Assembly: GCA_045628045.1 (NCBI GenBank)
Contig: JAZQOV010000002.1
Span: 64,001-128,000 of the forward strand
DNA length: 64,000 nucleotides
Direction: 5' to 3'
From: Bacilli bacterium
Lineage (GTDB): Bacteria > Bacillota_I > Bacilli_A > RFN20 > CAG-826
Under the pieces are notes generated by a model. The model worked only from the letters and a program-made list of their open reading frames with translations, made no database searches and was not told the DNA's origin. Made by a program: the position numbers and the translations under genes. Of this stretch, positions 31,443 through 42,443 are shown one piece after another (position 1 is the first letter of the stretch; each line of letters begins with the position of its first letter).

Positions 31443-34252
31443 TGTTAAAAATAAAAAAACTCACAAAAAAATACGGGAAAAGAGTACTATTTTCGGATTT
31501 TTCATATGACTTTCCAGATACAGGTCTTATAGCTTTAATAGGTGAATCAGGAAGCGGTAAATCAACTCTTCTCAATCTGATTTCAGGCATTGATTTGGAT
31601 TATGGTGGAAGCATTGAAATTGATGAAGCGAATTTCAAGAAAATGTCTCTATCAAAAATCTTAGATTATCGTGTTCAAAATATTGGTTATGTTTTTCAAA
31701 ATTTTAATTTACTAAATCTTGACAGTGTTGCCCATAATGTTTATTTCCCATTAGACACAATTTGCAATGATAAAGAAGCATTAAAAAAACAACGAACGAC
31801 TGATGCTTTGAATCTTGTCGGAATGAATCATAAAGCTAAGGTTAGCATCAATAAATTATCAGGCGGTGAAAAACAGCGTGTTGCAATTGCTAGAGCGCTT
31901 GTAAATAACCCAAAAATAATCTTATGTGACGAGCCTACTGGAGCACTTGACGAAAAGAATAGCGAGATTGTTTTCAATCTATTAAAACGCGTTTCAAAAA
32001 ATACACTTGTAATTGTTGCAACACATGATAAAGAATCTGCAGCAAAAATTGCAGATAAGTTTATTGTTTTGGAAAATGAAAAACTACGAATAATTGAGGG
32101 AAATTCCCAGGAAAACACCGATATTTCAGTCTTAGTGAAGAGTAATGAAATTAAAAAGAAGCCAAAAGTTACAACAAGATTTAAACTTCGATTTGCATAT
32201 CAAAAAATGAAGGCTAAAAAATACAGAAGTTTGATTCTAAACTTGCTTCTTTCTTTGTCTTTGACTGGCGTTGGTTTATCACTTATTTTAACTAATTCTG
32301 TTTCTCAAAAAGTTGAGGAAGCATTTGGAGCAATGTTAAACGGAAATCAGATTGTTGTTTCAAGGCGAAATGAAAACGAAAACACGTTCACTAATACTTA
32401 TTCAACTTCTTATAAAAACGTTTACAAAATTTATGAGAAATATCAGTACCTTTTAGATGGCATTGGTGTTAATTACATGGTGAATTTTGAAAATTTCTTC
32501 AAAGACAATAATGAATTCTATGCTGAAGGTAAGAATAAAAAAATCCCAATTGAGAGCTTATCCGCTAGAAGTATTAATGATTTTAAGTGGATTCCGCCAG
32601 ATAGTCTTATGATGATGTATCCATTTTCGTATGACTATATTGATAATGATCAAATCGTTCTTGCATTGTCTTATGAAGACATGGTTAATTTATGTTTTTC
32701 ATTACAAATTCAAAGAAATTATACATCATTAGGACATTTCATTTATGAACAAGGACTAATGCTTTCTTTAAATGTTAGAAATAATTTTTGGCAATATGAC
32801 GATGAACAAATATTAAATGTTGTTGCTGTTTGCGAATCAAAAGAAACATTTATTATGCATACAAACTTACTTTGGAATGAATATATGTTTGAAGAAATGA
32901 TGAGAATACCTTCTGATGATGACGAAGTTCACGAGTTGCCGTGGGAGATGTATAAAATCTATTATCTTCAATCCAAGGAAGATCCATCAGTATTTATTGA
33001 TGCAACTATCATTGATAAAGATATGAGTACCTACGTTTTTGAACGAACGAACTATAAATACAACTCTTTACTTTGTAAAAGTTACGATGTTTGCGATGCT
33101 AAAAAGATTTATGTTTATTCTACAGATAAGAAAACAATTATGGATGAGAATCTTCAAAACTATTTAGATGCAAACAAAGGTTGTTTAGATTTTTATTACA
33201 CCTCTGACTTTGGTTATGCTTCGTATTCTTCTAATTTATTTTCAGGATTTTCAAGAAATGTATTTCTTTCCACAAACAAAGATTCACTTGATATAGCAAT
33301 TGATGCTGATAATAGAATGGAAAGTGAACAAAATTTTACCTTAAATTTACCTGAAGACGTGGTGCAGGGAAATTTCATGTTATCACTCGCTGGAGGGCTG
33401 AGATTTTCAAGTGATATGACTAAGCTTAAGTATGGAAGAAAACCAACAAATTTAAATGAAATTGTCATATCAAAAGGGCTAGCAGAAAAATACGATAAAG
33501 AGTCACTATTAATCGGAAAATATGTGGAAATTGCCGGGGAAATTGAAGAATATTACGATAGTGAAGACCACTTATGCAAAGTCTATAATTCAACAAAATT
33601 ATTGGTTGTTGGAGTGGTGGAAGAAACAGGCAATTATTTATATCATTCTGGATATTGGACAATCTCATTTTTTAGGGACAAATTAGGTGTTTCAAATTTC
33701 TTACTTATCCCAAAATCTGTTGTCATTGAATATCCAACAAAAAGTGACGCCGAAAAAGGTTATCAAGAATTAAAAAATTTGATTACTGATTATAAAGTTA
33801 TTTCACCAATTGACGATCTAAAGAAAAATATCGAGGTTACATTGGATTATGCAAACACGATTTTAGTTATTTTTTCGGCACTTTCTCTTATTATTTCTGT
33901 TTTATTTCTTGGAACAGTCATAATGCTTAATATCTTAGAAAGCAAAAATGATGTGAGTTTATTTACTGTTCTTGGAATAAGAAAACGCCAAATTGACTCA
34001 ATGTTTGTTATTCAATCATTACTTCAAGGATTAATATCTTTTATAGTAAGTTCTATCGAACTTCTTTTTGTAGATATTTTTCTTTCTTTCGCAATAAATA
34101 AGTCTTTAGGAATTGCATTTAAGTTCTCATTTAATTCAAAACCATTTTTGGTAATTTTCATGTGTTCTGTGCTTGTTCCTTTTTTAGTGACAAAAATAAT
34201 GCTTTTGATATTAAGTGGCAAAAAAAGTCCCAATAAATCGAAAATATTTTAA
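31439..34252 (+). CDS. ABC transporter ATPase-permease fusion (MacB/FtsX-like)
   Basis: GESGSGKST, LSGGEKQRVAIARAL, CDEPTGALD; large extracellular region; C-terminal TMs. Confidence 0.85.
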   Translation: MMLKIKKLTKKYGKRVLFSDFSYDFPDTGLIALIGESGSGKSTLLNLISGIDLDYGGSIEIDEANFKKMSLSKILDYRVQNIGYVFQNFNLLNLDSVAHNVYFPLDTICNDKEALKKQRTTDALNLVGMNHKAKVSINKLSGGEKQRVAIARALVNNPKIILCDEPTGALDEKNSEIVFNLLKRVSKNTLVIVATHDKESAAKIADKFIVLENEKLRIIEGNSQENTDISVLVKSNEIKKKPKVTTRFKLRFAYQKMKAKKYRSLILNLLLSLSLTGVGLSLILTNSVSQKVEEAFGAMLNGNQIVVSRRNENENTFTNTYSTSYKNVYKIYEKYQYLLDGIGVNYMVNFENFFKDNNEFYAEGKNKKIPIESLSARSINDFKWIPPDSLMMMYPFSYDYIDNDQIVLALSYEDMVNLCFSLQIQRNYTSLGHFIYEQGLMLSLNVRNNFWQYDDEQILNVVAVCESKETFIMHTNLLWNEYMFEEMMRIPSDDDEVHELPWEMYKIYYLQSKEDPSVFIDATIIDKDMSTYVFERTNYKYNSLLCKSYDVCDAKKIYVYSTDKKTIMDENLQNYLDANKGCLDFYYTSDFGYASYSSNLFSGFSRNVFLSTNKDSLDIAIDADNRMESEQNFTLNLPEDVVQGNFMLSLAGGLRFSSDMTKLKYGRKPTNLNEIVISKGLAEKYDKESLLIGKYVEIAGEIEEYYDSEDHLCKVYNSTKLLVVGVVEETGNYLYHSGYWTISFFRDKLGVSNFLLIPKSVVIEYPTKSDAEKGYQELKNLITDYKVISPIDDLKKNIEVTLDYANTILVIFSALSLIISVLFLGTVIMLNILESKNDVSLFTVLGIRKRQIDSMFVIQSLLQGLISFIVSSIELLFVDIFLSFAINKSLGIAFKFSFNSKPFLVIFMCSVLVPFLVTKIMLLILSGKKSPNKSKIF

Positions 34253-34322
34253 AAAATATTTGTTTTCATCTAAAGTGTGGTATCATATTTATGCTGGTTA
34301 GTTGTAAATTGAAGGAGTCTGT

Positions 34323-34523
34323 ATGAAGGGTAAAGTAATTAGATTCAACAAAAATAAAGGATTCGGCTTTATCAAATCAGAAGACGGAAAAGATGTCTTT
34401 TTCCATTATTCAGCTTTAGTAATGGAAGGATTCAAAGACATTGCCGTTGAGTCTGACGTTGAATTCGATGTTGAAGAAACCGAAAAAGGTTTACGTGCTG
34501 CAAACGTTAAGAAAATTGACTAA
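34323..34523 (+). CDS. csp: Cold-shock protein
   Basis: KGFGFI (RNP1), DVFFHYS (RNP2). Confidence 0.93.
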   Translation: MKGKVIRFNKNKGFGFIKSEDGKDVFFHYSALVMEGFKDIAVESDVEFDVEETEKGLRAANVKKID

Positions 34524-34621
34524 TCTGCATTGAAAATTAATTAAAGAAAAGCCTTTATTGGCTTTTTTCTTTACTTTGAAAAATAATTAATATATTATAT
34601 TAACCTGTTCGAGGTTAGAAA

Positions 34622-35728
34622 ATGTCACTAAAAGCTGGAATTGTCGGATTACCAAATGTTGGAAAATCAACACTATTTAATGCGATTACAAATTCGCATG
34701 TTGAAGCAGCAAATTATCCATTTGCTACTATTTCACCAAACACTGGTGTTGTTAATGTACCTGATGATAGATTAGATTTTTTAACAAATCTTTTTAATCC
34801 AAAAAGAAAAATTCAAGCAACCTTCGAATTCTATGATATTGCCGGTTTAGTCCGTGGTGCCTCCAAAGGAGAAGGCTTAGGAAATCAATTTCTAGGTCAC
34901 ATTCGTGAGTGCGATGCGATTGTTGAAGTAGTTCGTTGTTTTGACTCTAGTGAAATTATTCACGTTGAAGAATCTGTTGATCCAAAGCGTGATATTGAAA
35001 CAATAAATCTTGAACTTGCGATGGCTGACCTTGCCACTGTTGAAAAAAGAATTGTAGCAGTTGAGAACAAAGCAAGAGTTCAAAAAGACAAAGAATCAGT
35101 TTATGAAATGTCTGTATTAAGTCCTCTTAGAGAAATGCTTTCACAAGGTGAACCTGCAAGAAAAGTTCATTTAAAACCAGAAGATTACGAATTTGCTTTT
35201 AAGCAATATCACCTTTTAACTTTAAAACCTATTATTTATGTCGCAAATGTTTCTGATGCTGATTATTCAAATTTAGAAAATTGCAAATATCTCAAGATTG
35301 TTCAAGAAATTGCAGCAGCAGAACATGCTCAAGTAATTCCTATTTCCTGTGAAATAGAATATGAATTATCATCCCTTCCTAAGGAAGAAAGAATGGAATT
35401 CCTTGCAACTTTAGGTGCAACTGAATCAGGATTAGATAAGGTTATTAAATCAGTTTATAAATTATTAAATTTATCAACATTCTTCACATGTGGAGAAGAT
35501 GAATGTAGAGCATGGACATTCAAAAATGGAATGCTCGCACCTCAATGTGCTGGAATTATTCACACGGATTTTGAAAAAGGATTTATTAAAGCTGAGGTCT
35601 ATTCATTTAAAGATATTTTTGAGCTTAAATCAGAACTTGCTGTTAAAGAAGCAGGCAAGTTAAGAATTGAAGGCAAGGAATACACAATGCAAGATGGCGA
35701 TTGCGTATTCTTCAAGTTTAATGTTTAG
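34622..35728 (+). CDS. ychF: Redox-regulated ATPase YchF
   Basis: GIVGLPNVGKSTLFN, ANYPFATI, DIAGLV.GASKGEGLGNQFL, TGS domain. Confidence 0.96.
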   Translation: MSLKAGIVGLPNVGKSTLFNAITNSHVEAANYPFATISPNTGVVNVPDDRLDFLTNLFNPKRKIQATFEFYDIAGLVRGASKGEGLGNQFLGHIRECDAIVEVVRCFDSSEIIHVEESVDPKRDIETINLELAMADLATVEKRIVAVENKARVQKDKESVYEMSVLSPLREMLSQGEPARKVHLKPEDYEFAFKQYHLLTLKPIIYVANVSDADYSNLENCKYLKIVQEIAAAEHAQVIPISCEIEYELSSLPKEERMEFLATLGATESGLDKVIKSVYKLLNLSTFFTCGEDECRAWTFKNGMLAPQCAGIIHTDFEKGFIKAEVYSFKDIFELKSELAVKEAGKLRIEGKEYTMQDGDCVFFKFNV

Positions 35729-35737
35729 GAGTTAACT

Positions 35738-36211
35738 ATGTTAAGAATTGGTTTTTCTGAAGATATTCATCAAAAACAAGCTGGACGCAAACTCGTTTTA
35801 GCAGGAATTGAATTTCCTAATGAAACAGGTCTTTTAGGCCATAGTGATGCTGATGTAGTTACTCATGCAGTTGCTGAATCAATTTTAGGAGCTCTAGCTC
35901 TTGGTGATCTTGGCAAATTCTTTCCGGATAATGATCCAAAGCTTGAAGGCATTTGTTCATTAATCATTCTCGACAAGGTTGTAGCAATGATGGAAGAACG
36001 AGGATTTAGAATTGGGAATATTGATGTACAAGTAGCATGCAAATCACCAAAACTTGCAGAAAAAATCGATGAAATGAAAGCTATGCTTTCTAAACATCTT
36101 AAAACAGATGTTGAAAATGTTTCCGTGAAAGCTTGTTCATATAATGGGGTTGGCCCAATTGGAAAAGGGGAAGCAATCAAAGCATCTTCGTATGTTTTGC
36201 TTGAGAAATAA
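35738..36211 (+). CDS. ispF: 2-C-methyl-D-erythritol 2,4-cyclodiphosphate synthase
   Basis: RIG..DIH, GHSDADV..HA, GDLGKFFPD. Confidence 0.93.
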   Translation: MLRIGFSEDIHQKQAGRKLVLAGIEFPNETGLLGHSDADVVTHAVAESILGALALGDLGKFFPDNDPKLEGICSLIILDKVVAMMEERGFRIGNIDVQVACKSPKLAEKIDEMKAMLSKHLKTDVENVSVKACSYNGVGPIGKGEAIKASSYVLLEK

Positions 36212-36264
36212 ATTTCTCCTTGCTTAGAAAGGTTACCGTCTATATAATAGAGCGTTAAAAAATT

Positions 36265-37890
36265 ATGAATATTGAAGAGACACTTAAAATTAAAATACAA
36301 GATTCACTTAAAAGTGAAGGAATTTCTTTAGATGTAAAAGACATCATTATTGAAAATTCAAAAACACCTGAACATGGCGACTATGCTTCAAACGTTGCTT
36401 TAAAGTTTGCAGGTCGTTTTGGGATGGCTCCAAGAGATTTGGCAGAGAAGATTGCAAAAAATATCGATAAAGAAGTTGTTGAAAAGGTAGAAATTGCAGG
36501 CCCGGGTTTTGTTAATTTCTTTGTGAAGAAAAACGCTATTAACTCCATAGTTTCACAAATTATCTCCTTGGGAGATGACTTTGGTCGTGGAGAAAATAAA
36601 AACAAGAAAATCAATGTTGAATTCGTTTCTGCAAACCCAACAGGTGATTTGCATTTAGGTCACGCTAGATGTGCTGCTGTTGGAGATTCAATTTGTAGAT
36701 TATATGAATTTGCAGGTTACCAAGTAACAAGAGAATTCTATGTTAACAACGCTGGTAATCAGATTCATACATTAGGTTTATCTTTAGACATTCGTTTAAG
36801 ACAACTTTTAGGCGAAAAGATTGAACTTCCAGAAGATAGTTATCATGCTCACGATATCATCGATATCGCTAAGTTATATAATGAAAAACATCCAAATGAA
36901 TACAAAGTTGGTGATGAGGAATCATTCAAAAAACTTCAAAAATTTGGAATGGATGAAGAGCTCGAAAAGATCAAAAGAGATCTTGAACTCTTTAGAGTTA
37001 AATTTGATATTTATTCCTTTGAAACAGATGTTCGTGCAAATAATCACGTTCAAGATGTTTTAGAGAACAAATATGGTAAGTACACTTATCAACAAGATGG
37101 TGCAACTTTCCTTAAAACAACAGACTTCTTAGATGATAAGGACAGAGCAGTTGTTAAATCAGATGGTTCATACACCTATTTAATGCCTGATATTGCTTAC
37201 CATCTTATCAAGTTATCAAGAGGCTATGATAATCTTATTGACGTCTTAGGTGCTGATCACCACGGTTATATTAACCGTATGAAGAGTGCTTTAATGATGC
37301 AAGGTTATTCAAAAAACACTCTTGAGGTTGAACTTGTTCAAGTCGTTAGACTTATCAAAGACGGCGAAGAAGTTAAAATGTCCAAACGTACTGGCGCGGG
37401 CGTAACACTTCGCGAGCTTTGTGAAGATGTTGGTGTTGATGCAGTTAGATATTTCTTTACTGCTCGTGCCGCTTCATCACACTTAGACTTTGATCTTAAT
37501 CTTGCACTTGAACAAAGCTCATCAAACCCAGTCTACTATGCACAATATGCACATGCTAGATTGGCTTCAGTCCTTGAATCTGCAAGCGACATCAAAATTG
37601 ATGAAAGCGCCGCAAATTTAAAAGAGGAATCCGAGACTGAATTACTTAAAAAACTTATGGAATTCCCACATATTATTGAGATTTCTGCCGAAAAACGCGC
37701 TCCTCATATGGTCGCAACTTACATCCAAGAATTAGCAGCAGATATTCATTCTTTCTACACAAATTGTAGACTTATCGACCGCGAAAATCTTGATGTAACA
37801 GAATCTCGATTAGCTTTAGCAAAAGCAGCAAAAATTGTTATGAAAAATGCATTAGGTGTTTTAGGAGTTTCTGCTCCTAGCAAAATGTAA
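36265..37890 (+). CDS. argS: Arginine--tRNA ligase
   Basis: HGDYASN, SANPTGDLHLGH, GADHHGY, KMSKRTG, YYAQYAHAR. Confidence 0.97.
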   Translation: MNIEETLKIKIQDSLKSEGISLDVKDIIIENSKTPEHGDYASNVALKFAGRFGMAPRDLAEKIAKNIDKEVVEKVEIAGPGFVNFFVKKNAINSIVSQIISLGDDFGRGENKNKKINVEFVSANPTGDLHLGHARCAAVGDSICRLYEFAGYQVTREFYVNNAGNQIHTLGLSLDIRLRQLLGEKIELPEDSYHAHDIIDIAKLYNEKHPNEYKVGDEESFKKLQKFGMDEELEKIKRDLELFRVKFDIYSFETDVRANNHVQDVLENKYGKYTYQQDGATFLKTTDFLDDKDRAVVKSDGSYTYLMPDIAYHLIKLSRGYDNLIDVLGADHHGYINRMKSALMMQGYSKNTLEVELVQVVRLIKDGEEVKMSKRTGAGVTLRELCEDVGVDAVRYFFTARAASSHLDFDLNLALEQSSSNPVYYAQYAHARLASVLESASDIKIDESAANLKEESETELLKKLMEFPHIIEISAEKRAPHMVATYIQELAADIHSFYTNCRLIDRENLDVTESRLALAKAAKIVMKNALGVLGVSAPSKM

Positions 37891-37906
37891 GAAAGAAGGT
37901 ATTTTT

Positions 37907-38320
37907 ATGAACGAAAAATCATTAATTGACTTTGGATTTGATGTATTAAATGCATCTAAAGATCCAATTAAGTTCATTGATTTGTTCAATGAAGCAGTCA
38001 AGTTAAGTGGACTTGAACTTTCTGAGCAAGAAAAGAAAGTTAAAATGTCAAAATTCTACACTCAACTTTCACTTGATGGACGTTTTATTACTTTAACAGA
38101 TAATTTCTGGGATTTACGTTCAAGACATGTCTTTGAACAAGTTCACCTTGATATGATTGATGCTTACTCAGATGAGGAAGATGAAGTCGACGAGGAAGAA
38201 GAAAAACTCTTACGTCAAGAACTTGGCGAACAAATCGAAGAACCAGAAGAAGAGTCAGATGAATTAGACTTTGACAAAGTCAAAGATGCTGACGAAGATG
38301 ATGAGGACCCTGTCTTTTAA
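37907..38320 (+). CDS. rpoE: DNA-directed RNA polymerase subunit delta
   Basis: FYTQLSLDGRF...WDLR N-terminal domain plus long acidic tail; follows argS as in Bacilli. Confidence 0.9.
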   Translation: MNEKSLIDFGFDVLNASKDPIKFIDLFNEAVKLSGLELSEQEKKVKMSKFYTQLSLDGRFITLTDNFWDLRSRHVFEQVHLDMIDAYSDEEDEVDEEEEKLLRQELGEQIEEPEEESDELDFDKVKDADEDDEDPVF

Positions 38321-39282
38321 TGAATAAAAACATTAAAGAGATTTTTAAACTCATCAAAAAATACGACACCATAACAATTTACGGTCACATAAATCCAGAT
38401 GGTGATTGTTTTGGTTCAAGTTTAGCTTTAAGAGATATTCTTAGAGATACTTTTCCTAAGAAGAAAATTTACTCACTTGCAGGAAATCTTCCTCAATTTA
38501 AGGAAAGACTTGGAGAATGTGATGTAGTTGATGAAGAAACTATTAAAAATAGTTTAGCTATTATCATAGACTGTTCTGAGGTCGAAAGAGTTTCTGACCA
38601 AAGAATCACTCTTGCAAAGCAAATAATCAAAATTGACCACCACATTGAAAGCAAACCATTCTATGGAATTAAATGGGTTGATGAAGATAGCATTGCCTGT
38701 TGCCAAATGATTGCAGAATTTGCTTTCACACTAAAACTTAAGATTTCTAAGAAATCTGCAGAGTTTATGTACTTAGGAATTTGTACAGATTCAGGTAGAT
38801 TTAGATATCATCCTACAAACTCAAAAACTCATAGAATTGTCGCAAAGCTTTTAGACTTAGGCGTTGAGACAAAATCACTTTTTAGTATTCTTTATCTTTC
38901 AGATGAAGCATACGTTAAATATCAAGCCTTAATTATTTCAAAATTCAAACGCACTGAGCATAACGTTATTTATGCCTTTGCAGACTTTCCTGATTATGAT
39001 CAATTTGGTCTTAAATTTGACCAAATTTCTAAGAATGTAAATATTCTTGGAAATATTAAAGGATGTCCAATTTGGGTTTTATTTACACGTTCAAATGAAA
39101 ACTTTATCAGAGTTGAGTTTAGATCGAACGGGATCAATGTCCAAAAAATTGCTAAGAAGTATGGCGGTGGTGGGCACCTTCATGCTGCAGGCGCAAGACT
39201 TGATAATCAATCTGACTTTGCTTTAGCAATGGAAGTTGTTAAAGATTTAGATAAGGCTGCAGCAGAAGCGGAGAAAGCATAA
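38320..39282 (+). CDS. nrnA: DHH/DHHA1 oligoribonuclease/pAp phosphatase NrnA
   Basis: HINPDGDC, IDHH, TDSGRF, GGGGHLHAAGA. Confidence 0.88.
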   Translation: MNKNIKEIFKLIKKYDTITIYGHINPDGDCFGSSLALRDILRDTFPKKKIYSLAGNLPQFKERLGECDVVDEETIKNSLAIIIDCSEVERVSDQRITLAKQIIKIDHHIESKPFYGIKWVDEDSIACCQMIAEFAFTLKLKISKKSAEFMYLGICTDSGRFRYHPTNSKTHRIVAKLLDLGVETKSLFSILYLSDEAYVKYQALIISKFKRTEHNVIYAFADFPDYDQFGLKFDQISKNVNILGNIKGCPIWVLFTRSNENFIRVEFRSNGINVQKIAKKYGGGGHLHAAGARLDNQSDFALAMEVVKDLDKAAAEAEKA

Positions 39283-40067
39283 TGTACGAACGTGAACTTG
39301 AAATAGCTTTAAATGCAGTAAATTCTGTTCGTGAATTAATTTTAGATATTTATTATTCCGGTGATTTGGGAGTAGAAATTAAAGATGATAATTCTCCTGT
39401 CACCAAAGCTGATAAAGCTTCAGATAAAAAAATAAGAGAAATTTTAGGAAAGGAATTTCCTTCCTATGCTTTTTTAACTGAAGAATCTATTGATGATAAA
39501 AAACGCCTAAAAAACGATTATGTTTGGATTGTAGATCCTGTTGATGGGACTAAAGAATTTGTTGATCATGATGACGAATTCACCGTGAATATTGGCTTAT
39601 CTTACAAACATAAAGCAGTTTTAGGCGTTATTTTAATTCCAGTTACAGGTGAAATTTATTATGGTGTTGAGGGACTTGGTTCTTTCTATAAGAAAGACAA
39701 GAACTCAAAACCTGTAAAAATTCATTGTAATAACAAAACTAAAGACATCACTATTTTGGTTTCGAAATATCATACGAATGATCTTGAGAAAGCAATGATT
39801 GAAAGACACAAAGATGTTATTAAGAACATTGTTTCTTTGGGCGCAACAATTAAGGGATGTAAAATCGCCCAAGGTGAAGCCGAAATGTCTTGTAGATATA
39901 CCTCAAATACAAAAGAATGGGACACTTGTGCTATGCAAGCAATTGTGGAGCAAGCCGGTGGTTTTGTTTTGAAGTTTGATGGTACTCCAATCTGTTATAA
40001 CCGCGAAGATGTTTATAACAGAGATGGATATATTATTTGCAACACGAAAGAAAATTTTTTAATATAA
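39282..40067 (+). CDS. cysQ: 3'(2'),5'-bisphosphate nucleotidase (CysQ/inositol monophosphatase family)
   Basis: SPVTKAD, TEES, WIVDPVDGTKEF, EWDTCA. Confidence 0.85.
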   Translation: MYERELEIALNAVNSVRELILDIYYSGDLGVEIKDDNSPVTKADKASDKKIREILGKEFPSYAFLTEESIDDKKRLKNDYVWIVDPVDGTKEFVDHDDEFTVNIGLSYKHKAVLGVILIPVTGEIYYGVEGLGSFYKKDKNSKPVKIHCNNKTKDITILVSKYHTNDLEKAMIERHKDVIKNIVSLGATIKGCKIAQGEAEMSCRYTSNTKEWDTCAMQAIVEQAGGFVLKFDGTPICYNREDVYNRDGYIICNTKENFLI

Positions 40068-40083
40068 AAAAGGAGAACAAATT

Positions 40084-41664
40084 ATGAAAAAGAAATTATT
40101 TATCCTTCCTCTTATCTCTTTACTTACATTAAGTGGATGTAAAGACAAAAAGAAAGAACCATTAGTAATTCCTAATGTTGATGTTGAAAACATCACTTTA
40201 AATCTTCCTGAATTACCAACTTATAATACAGGTGATATTAGAAGTGATGGAACTTATGATTACATTGATCTTTATGAATTTTCTGACTTCCATGGTGCAG
40301 TTAACTATGAAGATCACTCAAGTGGAACTTATTTAGGTCTTAAAAAGCTTGCAACTTATCTTGATGAAAAACGTTCACAAAATGAAGGCGGAACTTTAGT
40401 TCTTTCTTCTGGCGATATGTTCCAAGGTTCTGCAGACTCTAACCTAACACGTGGTTACTTAGTAAATTACTGTATGAATTACATGGGATTTGATGCTATG
40501 GCAGTCGGAAACCATGAGTTTGACTGGACTGAAGAATGGCTTAAAAAGAATGCTGAACTTAAGTACAACACTAGCTCAGTTCCATTCCTTGGCGCTAACA
40601 TTAAAAAAGGTGATGCAATGCCAGAATACTTGAAAAAATCCGTGGTTATTGAACGCGGAGAATACAAAATTGGTGTGATTGGAGTCATTGGTTCATCACT
40701 TGAAAGTTCAATTTTAAAGAGTGCTATCGCTGGCTTTGAATTTGTTCCTTATGGCGACATTGTTACTGAAGAAGCAGCACGTCTAAGAGCAGAAGAAGAT
40801 TGTAATGCCGTTGTTTTGCTTGCACATGATCAAGCAGATGCGATTGAATTATTCACTGGTGTTGATGCCATCTTTGGTGGACACGCACACCAAAACTTCC
40901 CAGGCAGTATTCAAAATGGTGCGCCTTCACTTGCAACTAAAAACTATGGACAATCTGTTGCTCATATCGAATTAAAGTTTGATAAGGTTACAAAAGAATG
41001 TAATGTTGATACATATGGACTTGAATCATTTGGACAATCAGATTCTTCAATTGCAGATAATGCTGGGATTTCCAACATTATTGGTCAATATGAACCAGAA
41101 ATTAATAAAATTAAAAACATTAAATTAGGTAGTGCAGATGAAGAACTTGCTTACGATAAAGCATTAAAGAATATCTGCACTGAAACAATGTTTGAATCTG
41201 CTAAAAACTCTGCAGCATCACTTGAGGTTGATGCAAGTAAGATTGTTTGTGCAGTTACAAACTACGAAGGTGGAATTAGAGATAACATCAAAGCAGGTGA
41301 AATCACCTATGGTGATGTTTATAAATGTTTCCCATTTGATAATGAAGTTGTTTTAATTAAAGTTAAAGGTTCATACATTAAGTCTAATTTAACAAAGATT
41401 AATCAACTCGCTATTTACCGTGTCTTTGATAAGAAGTCCTACTTTGTAGATAGCGAAGACTATTACATGGTTACAACCGATTATCTTGCAACCGCAGACC
41501 AATTCGCTCCATTTGGAGTATTTACAGAAGCAGATTTAATCTTCTCTGGAAAAATTGTCCGTGATGAAGTTGCACAAAAAATCTATGATATTGGAAGTAT
41601 TGTTAATAGTAGTTACGATACAGTTCAATTACCGTTTAAACCACTTCCAATGATTTGGTATTAA
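40084..41664 (+). CDS. 5'-nucleotidase/metallophosphoesterase lipoprotein
   Basis: Lipobox LSG-C; SDFHG, GDMFQG, GNHEFD, GGHAH; C-terminal NYEGGIR, PFDN. Confidence 0.9.
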   Translation: MKKKLFILPLISLLTLSGCKDKKKEPLVIPNVDVENITLNLPELPTYNTGDIRSDGTYDYIDLYEFSDFHGAVNYEDHSSGTYLGLKKLATYLDEKRSQNEGGTLVLSSGDMFQGSADSNLTRGYLVNYCMNYMGFDAMAVGNHEFDWTEEWLKKNAELKYNTSSVPFLGANIKKGDAMPEYLKKSVVIERGEYKIGVIGVIGSSLESSILKSAIAGFEFVPYGDIVTEEAARLRAEEDCNAVVLLAHDQADAIELFTGVDAIFGGHAHQNFPGSIQNGAPSLATKNYGQSVAHIELKFDKVTKECNVDTYGLESFGQSDSSIADNAGISNIIGQYEPEINKIKNIKLGSADEELAYDKALKNICTETMFESAKNSAASLEVDASKIVCAVTNYEGGIRDNIKAGEITYGDVYKCFPFDNEVVLIKVKGSYIKSNLTKINQLAIYRVFDKKSYFVDSEDYYMVTTDYLATADQFAPFGVFTEADLIFSGKIVRDEVAQKIYDIGSIVNSSYDTVQLPFKPLPMIWY

Positions 41665-41695
41665 AAAAATAAGCATCCATCTGGATGCTTTTTTC

Positions 41696-41944
41696 TTATT
41701 TCTTTTCAGGCATTTGGCTTGCGAGTTTAACAGCGATTACGCCTGGAACTTCTTCTTGAAGAATTATTTCAATTCCATCAGAGATTGTATTATCAATCAT
41801 GATACAATCCTCGCACGCGCCTTTCATATTTATATAAACAATTCCATCAATAAAGTCGACAAATTCAACGTCTCCTCCATCTCTTTGGATAAAAGGACGA
41901 ACTTTGTCTAATGTTTCCTTAATTAACTTAATTGTGTCTTCCAT
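41696..41944 (-). CDS. NifU C-terminal (Nfu) domain protein
   Basis: VRPFIQRDGGDVE, GACEDC. Confidence 0.88.
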   Translation of the reverse strand: MEDTIKLIKETLDKVRPFIQRDGGDVEFVDFIDGIVYINMKGACEDCIMIDNTISDGIEIILQEEVPGVIAVKLASQMPEKK

Positions 41945-42004
41945 AAGCAAGCAATATTATATTCCTTTCATTTATTAAATCAATAAATGTGTTATTATTT
42001 AAAT

Positions 42005-42400
42005 ATGCAAAAAAGACGTAGTAATGAATTTAAATTAACAGTGTCTCATTATAAGATTCTTCAAACTGTTAATGAACTTAATAAAGTTAAGAAATATCCA
42101 ACTGCTAAAGGAATCAATAATATTTTACAAGGTAAACTCGATCCAGAAACTCGTAAATATATTGATTTAAAAACATTTGGAACACTTCTTTCTTATCCAG
42201 GAAGAAGACTTTGTTCTTACATTCTTAACATGGTAAGAAGAGGTTATTTATCTTATATCTATGATAAGGTGAGCGATGATATGTATTTAAGAGTTACCGA
42301 GAAAGGTGAACTTGAAGTGTTTAATTTTGAAAGAAAACACAAGAATGAATACACTCACAAAGAGCCTCACAGAAAAGCTCAGATTGTAGAGATAAAATAA
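42005..42400 (+). CDS. RQC-like winged-helix domain protein
   Basis: ILQG...TFGTL...GYL...LRVTEKG pattern resembles the RecQ C-terminal domain. Confidence 0.55.
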   Translation: MQKRRSNEFKLTVSHYKILQTVNELNKVKKYPTAKGINNILQGKLDPETRKYIDLKTFGTLLSYPGRRLCSYILNMVRRGYLSYIYDKVSDDMYLRVTEKGELEVFNFERKHKNEYTHKEPHRKAQIVEIK

Positions 42401-42443
42401 AAAGTCATCAGTACGATGACTTTTTATTTAATTAATTCATTAA

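Noticed and set aside
29352-34252. Tandem ABC ATPase-permease fusions as a novel system
   Set aside because: MacB/FtsX-type fusions with large extracellular loops are common in Mollicutes and Bacilli; nothing else unusual nearby.
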